Shown in pieces: positions 49,508-54,974 of a DNA stretch of 54,974 nt. Each line of letters begins with the position of its first letter. Position 1 is the first letter of the stretch. This DNA comes from an uncultured delta proteobacterium (GTDB lineage Bacteria > Desulfobacterota > Binatia > UBA9968): positions 1 through 54,974 of the forward strand of contig CAVUZH010000007.1 in the NCBI GenBank assembly GCA_963745835.1, in the 5' to 3' direction. A program made the position numbers and the translations under genes. The notes under the pieces were generated by a model. The model was not told the DNA's origin. It did no database searches and was given only the letters and a program-made list of their open reading frames with translations.

Positions 49508-49861
49508 TCACTTGGGCCAGCGGAGATTAACGGCCATATCGACCCAGTGCCCATCAGGATCCTGGATTCGATGATCGGAATCCTTATCCGACTTGGTGTC
49601 GATCTCGGAGGGAAACCCCGCCTCCTTCAGCTTGCGTTTGATGTCGTCGAGATCGTCGACCTCAAAGCCGAAATGGTTGATGCCCTCTTTTTGATCGTCA
49701 CGTTTAACTTCTATAAGCGCGATGTTGACGTCGCCATCCGACATATAAATGGCCCCGCCGAAGCCGCGCTTGGGCTCGAGACCAAAAATCTTTTGATAGA
49801 ACTCCACCATCTTTTCACGATTCTTTGTCATGACTGCTATGTGTCTCACCTTGGGTCGCAT
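49508..49861 (-). CDS. VOC (glyoxalase / extradiol dioxygenase) family protein
   Basis: RHIA, FY...FGL, GINHFGF.VDD, DPDG..VD. Confidence 0.88.
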   Translation of the reverse strand: MRPKVRHIAVMTKNREKMVEFYQKIFGLEPKRGFGGAIYMSDGDVNIALIEVKRDDQKEGINHFGFEVDDLDDIKRKLKEAGFPSEIDTKSDKDSDHRIQDPDGHWVDMAVNLRWPK

Positions 49862-49874
49862 GTCGTTGCCTCCT

Positions 49875-51020
49875 CTATTTTTCCGCAGACTCGAGCGAGT
49901 AGAGTTTCGCTGCGTTCTGCCACTGTATCTGTCGTTTCTCTATCTCAGGTAATTCGGCGAAAGTTAACTCCGCTCGACGGCGCGTGTCGGGCCATGTAGA
50001 AGTTGCCAGGGGAAAATTGCTCGACCATAAAATGTTGGCGGTGCCGAGATAACCTCGAACACGCAGACTCATTCGATCGTACCAGCAGGTAAAGTAGCAT
50101 TGACGCCGGAACAGCTCCGAAGGCTTGAGCGGATAACCTTCCGAGGGCAAGCCGTCGGCATCGGATTGGTAGTCGGCGTATTCCATTTCATATGCTCCCC
50201 AGCCCAGCGAGCCTTCAGCAAAGACGATCTTCAGCTTGGGAAATCGGTGCAGCACGCGGGAGATCATAAAGTTAGCGACCACCGCGATAGAGCTCACCGG
50301 CCGAACCACGTTGCTGAAAGCCGCCGCCAAGCCCGGCGAGAAATCATCTCCCGGGCGCATTTGAATCCTCGGCGACGCTCCTGAATGAAAGCTGATCGGC
50401 ACGCCGAGTTCCTCACACAGCGCCCAGAGCGGATCGTATGCCGGCTCGTTGATGTGCGGCACGCCGCGCAGCTCCATCGGCGATGCCGGGTAGATCACGC
50501 CCCGATGTCCCTTTGCCACAGCTCGTTTGATCTCGGTCACTGTCTGCTCGATGGGCCAAATCGGCACGATACACTGCGGCACGAAGCGCGGGCTGACGCT
50601 CGCCCATTCATCGATTAGCCAATCGTTGTATGCCTGCACGCAAGCCAGTTCCAAATCAGGATCGTCGAGCTTGCCGAAGCTCTCACCCGCCAAGCCGCCG
50701 ACAATCGGATAAAGCACCGAGTAGTCGATGCCGTCGCAATCCATTGCTTTGAGTCGTTCCGCGGCTTCAAAGGCCGCCGGCGGAACCTCGCTCCAGCGCT
50801 GCGGTTCGCGCGCCCGGTCGGCCATCAGCGCGCCGGCGAGGGCGATACCGGGCAGCGAAAGGCGGCGGCCATCAATGACCCAGCACTCGCTGCCGTCGTG
50901 CAGCCTTTCGACGTGAGGAATTCGCTCGCCCCATTTTGCCTTGGACATACGGGAGCTCCAAACTTCAGGATGCTCCTGGACGTGGTCATCGGCGCTGATA
51001 AAACCATGCTTCAGTTGCAT
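49875..51020 (-). CDS. Amidohydrolase_2 family protein
   Basis: SADDHVQE, MD.DG, YNDW, H, FAEG, WSSNFP. Confidence 0.9.
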   Translation of the reverse strand: MQLKHGFISADDHVQEHPEVWSSRMSKAKWGERIPHVERLHDGSECWVIDGRRLSLPGIALAGALMADRAREPQRWSEVPPAAFEAAERLKAMDCDGIDYSVLYPIVGGLAGESFGKLDDPDLELACVQAYNDWLIDEWASVSPRFVPQCIVPIWPIEQTVTEIKRAVAKGHRGVIYPASPMELRGVPHINEPAYDPLWALCEELGVPISFHSGASPRIQMRPGDDFSPGLAAAFSNVVRPVSSIAVVANFMISRVLHRFPKLKIVFAEGSLGWGAYEMEYADYQSDADGLPSEGYPLKPSELFRRQCYFTCWYDRMSLRVRGYLGTANILWSSNFPLATSTWPDTRRRAELTFAELPEIEKRQIQWQNAAKLYSLESAEK

Positions 51021-51044
51021 AATGTCGTGGGGCGGCACGCCGGG

Positions 51045-52187
51045 CTAAAGTAATCGGTAAAGCCGTGCCGCATTGCGAAACAAAACTTTTTCGCGCTCGG
51101 GGACGGGAACGCCGGCCAGAGAGTGTTCCACCGCAGCCCACGACTTTGGATACGTCGATGTGATGTGGGGAAAATCCGATTCCCAGAGAATGTTGTCGAT
51201 ACCGATATAGTCGCGCATCTGTATGCCGACTGTTTCAAACCAAAAATCGACATAAATCTGCCGGCGGAAGAGTTCGCTGGGACGAGTGAGAATTCCTTCT
51301 GTCCAGAGACGGCGCTGTTCCCACTCATGGTCACAAGCTTCCAGTACCGAGCTCACCCAGCCCAGTCCGGTCTCGGCAAACACCCAATTGAGTCTGGGAA
51401 ATTTTTCCAACGTGCCGGAGAAAATCAGATAGGGCACAATCTGCGTCGCGGTGCAGAAGTTGCGCAACGTCGATACACAGTGGGCCTGTCTGCCGCTGTA
51501 GCCTTTCCATTGCGGCAAGGACAGTTTACCGGCAAGACCTGCCGATGCGTGGAGATGCACCGCGACACCGAGTTCCTGGCAGGCCTCCCAAAGGGAACTC
51601 CAGAATGGATCGGCTAACCTTTTCTGGCTTTTTACGGCAACGCTCGGATCTGCCAACATGTTGATACCCAAGTGGCCCGCCTCAACGGCGCGCTCGACTT
51701 CTGCGACGATGGTATCAATCGGACTCATAAAGGGAATGGCGGCAAGCGGAATGAAGCGCTCGCTGGTGCGGCGAAATTCGGCGAGCGCGTCGTTATAGGC
51801 CCGCACGCACGCGAGCTCGAATTCCTGATCATCGTAAAGGAATGTTCCCCCCGGTCCGTTGGGGAACAGCACCTCGGCATCGACGCCATCACGATCAAGC
51901 GCTTTCAAACGGTTTGCCGGATCGTAAACTTCCAACGGCACCTCTTCCCAGCGTTGCGGATAGTACCCGCGCTTTTCCATCGCCGTGGGGCAATTGCAAA
52001 CATTGCCGCCCAGAATCTCACCGTTGACTGCCCAGCGTTCCACCGGCGAGTCGAACTTATCGTCGCGCACCTCGACAATGTGAGGAACCCGGTCTCCCCA
52101 CCTGCTAGTCGACATTCTGCTGGTGTAAGCATCCCTATCAAGCTGCCCATGCGAATCGGAGCTGATCAGGCCGTACTTTATTTCCAT
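51045..52187 (-). CDS. Amidohydrolase_2 family protein
   Basis: SSDSH, D.DG, YND, HLH, FAETG, WESDFPH. Confidence 0.9.
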   Translation of the reverse strand: MEIKYGLISSDSHGQLDRDAYTSRMSTSRWGDRVPHIVEVRDDKFDSPVERWAVNGEILGGNVCNCPTAMEKRGYYPQRWEEVPLEVYDPANRLKALDRDGVDAEVLFPNGPGGTFLYDDQEFELACVRAYNDALAEFRRTSERFIPLAAIPFMSPIDTIVAEVERAVEAGHLGINMLADPSVAVKSQKRLADPFWSSLWEACQELGVAVHLHASAGLAGKLSLPQWKGYSGRQAHCVSTLRNFCTATQIVPYLIFSGTLEKFPRLNWVFAETGLGWVSSVLEACDHEWEQRRLWTEGILTRPSELFRRQIYVDFWFETVGIQMRDYIGIDNILWESDFPHITSTYPKSWAAVEHSLAGVPVPEREKVLFRNAARLYRLL

Positions 52188-52241
52188 GCTAATCCTTCGA
52201 TCAGAGTTCCGAATAGCGAGTTATCATAGCTGGGGTCAAAC

Positions 52242-52940
52242 TCACGCCGCTCTGGATCCAGCAATTCTCATCATCGCAGTCGCTAGCGCGCTCCGATAGG
52301 CGCGATCGACATCGAGACTGTCATGAGCGGCTCGAACTACCGCCTGGGCGATCCTCTCATCGGTTACATATTTGTCGAAAATGGGTTCAAACATGTCGGA
52401 ATGATCTTCATCGGCAACCATATGGACCTTTGTGTTGTCGTCGAGACTTTCCAAAGTGCCGCCAAGATCGGCAACTTTCTTGTGAGCATACCTGGCGGTG
52501 AAACCTCCGCCTTTGACGATGGCGGGATTGTTTTTCCTCTCGGTGATGTGGTTCACCATCAGGCTTTCGATCCACGGACGGGTGGTGGCCAGATGCATCC
52601 ATGCGAGAAATACCGCGCGCACCGCCGGCAGCAGATTCGTTTCGTCGGTAGCTTCGGCCATTTGCTCGTCGGTCAAATGCGCGGCTCCCAACCTTTTGTC
52701 AAATATTAGCTCGTCCTTCTCGTGCTCCCAGATTGCGCGCTTGACATCGAGCGGAGCTCGAACCGCGGCAGCTCCCCAACAATCACGCCTGCTCTTGATA
52801 TAGTGGGGATAATGCAGATCGATTACTTTTTGACGCTCCGGCGTGAGTTTTACCGAAAAAAAATCCTGGTACTCCGGCGTTTCGAAATGACGATTCACCA
52901 GAGCATCCAATTCCTGTCTCGTCTTGGGCCATAAACTCAT
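52242..52940 (-). CDS. Heme-oxygenase-like diiron enzyme (PqqC/CADD/TenA fold)
   Basis: RR.CW, EHEKDE...H, ITE, H...DEDH metal-ligand pattern. Confidence 0.75.
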   Translation of the reverse strand: MSLWPKTRQELDALVNRHFETPEYQDFFSVKLTPERQKVIDLHYPHYIKSRRDCWGAAAVRAPLDVKRAIWEHEKDELIFDKRLGAAHLTDEQMAEATDETNLLPAVRAVFLAWMHLATTRPWIESLMVNHITERKNNPAIVKGGGFTARYAHKKVADLGGTLESLDDNTKVHMVADEDHSDMFEPIFDKYVTDERIAQAVVRAAHDSLDVDRAYRSALATAMMRIAGSRAA

Positions 52941-53120
52941 AAATACCTCCTCAACTTGTTTGTCAGACTATATATTCGCTCGCCCAGCCGATCATGTCGC
53001 CCAACTCACGGCAAGCCGAAGATCTGCCGATAAGTTTTCAGGCTTTGTTGAGCGTCCTGCGCCTTTTCCGGATGAAGTACGATGCGCTTGAAGCCTTTGA
53101 TCCGCTGCATTGGTCCACCT

Positions 53121-53831
53121 TCATGCGGGAATTTTCTCCTGCGCGTCGGCTATTCCTTTGCGGAATAATGCGTTGAAATCCAGGGACCTTTTGGCCGCGG
53201 TCAAAGCGAGTTGTTCCTTTCCGCCCGTCGCATATTCCGACAGGAAAGGTAAAAACATATCGCTATGCTTTTCGTCAGCCTGGCTGTGCGCCTGCAAGTT
53301 GGGAATTTGCTTCCAGGTAAAACCCATCTCCTCCATCCATTTTTTTGCCATGCGAGTGGATTGGCCGCCGCCGAGATCGCCCAACAGCCGGTCATCGTTG
53401 CACCACTCCGTGATCGTCATCGCCGCCAGTCCTTCAATCCAGCTGAGTTCGCTGGTGATCCACGACCAGGCATAGAGTACGGCCCGTGTTTCCGGCAGCG
53501 GCTCGGCATTGAGTATCTGCTGGGGCTCCAGCCCGACTGATTTTCCCTGGTTGATGATCAGATGGAGATGACCATAGTCCGAGAAATCATCGCGAATGAT
53601 TTCCTCGTATTCGTGCTCGAGAATCCGTTGTTTGACGCCCAGGATCGGACAATTGGCCGAAACGTGCGCCCAACATTCGCGCCGGTGACGCACGTAGAGA
53701 CTTTGCTGCATCACCATGACGGCGGCGCGCGGTTTGGTCATCTTGATCGAAAAATAGTGGTCGAGCTCAGGCGATCTGATGTAATCGCGCACCATTTCAC
53801 CCATCGTCTCGTGCCACTGTGATTCGTTCAC
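53121..53831 (-). CDS. Heme-oxygenase-like diiron enzyme (PqqC/CADD/TenA fold)
   Basis: RR.CW, EHEYEE...GH, ITE, H...DEKH. Confidence 0.8.
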   Translation of the reverse strand: MNESQWHETMGEMVRDYIRSPELDHYFSIKMTKPRAAVMVMQQSLYVRHRRECWAHVSANCPILGVKQRILEHEYEEIIRDDFSDYGHLHLIINQGKSVGLEPQQILNAEPLPETRAVLYAWSWITSELSWIEGLAAMTITEWCNDDRLLGDLGGGQSTRMAKKWMEEMGFTWKQIPNLQAHSQADEKHSDMFLPFLSEYATGGKEQLALTAAKRSLDFNALFRKGIADAQEKIPA

Positions 53832-54916
53832 GACTTGCCTCCTTTGTAGAGCCGGTCGATGAAACCTTCCTGCGCCAAACGATCAACAATGGCGTTGTCG
53901 AAGAGCTGCACTTTGGGCGAGCTCTTCTGGCCGACCATCTCCAAGACAGTTTCGATGGCTGCCGGATCGACCCGCGGAATCACATCCAGATACTTGGTGA
54001 CGAACTCGTAGTGTTGTTCCGCCGAGCCACCGCGTTGCCCCATGTATTTCTCCAGCACCTTAAGACCCTGAGCCTTTCGGGTTTTGAGCGCCGCGATCCC
54101 CTCTATGTAGGACGCGACGATCCTCTCGACGGTTTTAGGTGATCGTCTATAGAAATCGTTACTGACGGCCAGCAGGTTCATCGAGAACGGAATGCCCAGC
54201 TCCGCGGCGTCCACTAACATCTTGGCCTTCGGACCCGGCGCCTGCGATGACACCCGGCCCTCCGCTTGCCCGGCGCGAAAACCAACATCCGCTTCGACCA
54301 CGCCGCCGAACTGGCGCAACTCGGCCTTACCTTCCAGATTGAGTTTGCGCATGATCAGCCGGGTGACAAAGTCGCTGGTGGAGCCGAACCGAGTGATCGC
54401 TAACGTCTTGCCCTGAAGCTGCTCGGCGCGTTGAATATCCGGCTGAACCCAAAGCTGCATACCAGGGCGGCTGGTATTGCTGCCCACTGCGATGATCGGT
54501 GCTCCTTTGATGATCGCCGCCACCACTGCGTTACTCGCGCCCAACGCCGCATGAACGCTGCCCCCCACCAACGCCTGAATTGCAGTCGCGCCCGAACTGA
54601 TGTGAACCAGCTCGGCATGCAAGCCGTTGCGATCAAAGGCACCGATCTCTTTGGCCATCCAGATTCCGGACATGCTCGGGCTGATGGCAGCGTAGGCAAA
54701 AGCAACTTTCTCTTTGGGAGCGTCCGCTGAAAACGCGCTTTGTGACGACAGCAGCAAGAGCAGAACTAGTTTGGCAAACAAAACACACCGCAGGCTCAAA
54801 GCTTTTAGGTTTATAGTTGGTTTAAAATCGCCCGGGAGCCGCTTCAACGGGGCATGGGTACCGTAAAACTCGATCGAGTTATTCATTGTGTGCCTAAAGC
54901 ACTTTAACATTTTCAT
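53828..54916 (-). CDS. NitT/TauT (SsuA/NMT1-like) ABC substrate-binding protein (true start likely about 120-150 nt downstream of the ORF start)
   Basis: Signal peptide LLLLLSSQSAFSA; W.AKE.G.F...GL, AL.GG, L.GK..AITRFGS.SD. Confidence 0.88.
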   Translation of the reverse strand: MKMLKCFRHTMNNSIEFYGTHAPLKRLPGDFKPTINLKALSLRCVLFAKLVLLLLLSSQSAFSADAPKEKVAFAYAAISPSMSGIWMAKEIGAFDRNGLHAELVHISSGATAIQALVGGSVHAALGASNAVVAAIIKGAPIIAVGSNTSRPGMQLWVQPDIQRAEQLQGKTLAITRFGSTSDFVTRLIMRKLNLEGKAELRQFGGVVEADVGFRAGQAEGRVSSQAPGPKAKMLVDAAELGIPFSMNLLAVSNDFYRRSPKTVERIVASYIEGIAALKTRKAQGLKVLEKYMGQRGGSAEQHYEFVTKYLDVIPRVDPAAIETVLEMVGQKSSPKVQLFDNAIVDRLAQEGFIDRLYKGGKS

Positions 54917-54974
54917 CAGTCAGGTAGCGCCTTCATGGCGCCGGCAAGACCCTTTTGATAGAGACGGTACAACT

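Noticed and set aside
52242-53831. Calling the HDO pair pqqC or tenA
   Set aside because: No pqqA/B/D/E or thiamine-salvage context, and the ligand pattern is closer to diiron CADD-type proteins.
1-54974. CRISPR arrays, tRNA/rRNA genes, IS elements or integrases
   Set aside because: None recognised by eye; a covariance-model search would be needed to exclude small RNAs.

Overview
Bacterial chromosomal segment of moderately high GC. It probably comes from a long-read metagenome assembly, because at least 8 otherwise intact genes carry frameshifts. The gene repertoire (stand-alone TctC/Bug, NitT/TauT and AfuA-type binding proteins, LLM monooxygenases, amidohydrolases, a Rieske oxygenase) resembles Candidatus Binatia; this taxonomic call is inference only. 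From left to right: (1) 1-9.1 kb, a minus-strand copper island with a P1B ATPase, a ~30% Met secreted protein, a Tat multicopper oxidase, TolC, a CusF-like lipoprotein, a CorE-like Cys-rich ECF sigma factor, a cytochrome c-CusF fusion, a His-rich leader-like ORF and a PCYCGC lipoprotein; (2) 9.4-19.1 kb, an oxyanion block (chrB/chrA/chrF, a DUF1080-like protein, chrC-type SOD, a second chrA, an HTH-PBP regulator, tupABC); (3) 19.2-23.5 kb, hydrolases, a ComDE-like decarboxylase and a TctC; (4) 23.5-34.6 kb, an envelope-modification locus with three ArnT/GT-C genes, cmoA, an ICMT-like methyltransferase, an OmpR-family two-component system and a flippase-like gene, linked by a repeated upstream box; (5) 34.7-39.8 kb, small Zn-ribbon paralogs, NUDIX, dinB and a beta-helix protein; (6) 40-55 kb, catabolic genes including a tandem pair of heme-oxygenase-like diiron enzymes. 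The best find is that the PCYCGC lipoprotein reads through an in-frame TGA at the first Cys of the family's CxxC motif (UxxC), with a SECIS-like hairpin just downstream. This indicates a probable selenoprotein inside a copper island, in which two near-identical ECF-type promoters (TGTAAT-N14-TGCGTCAGCTTG) are also visible.
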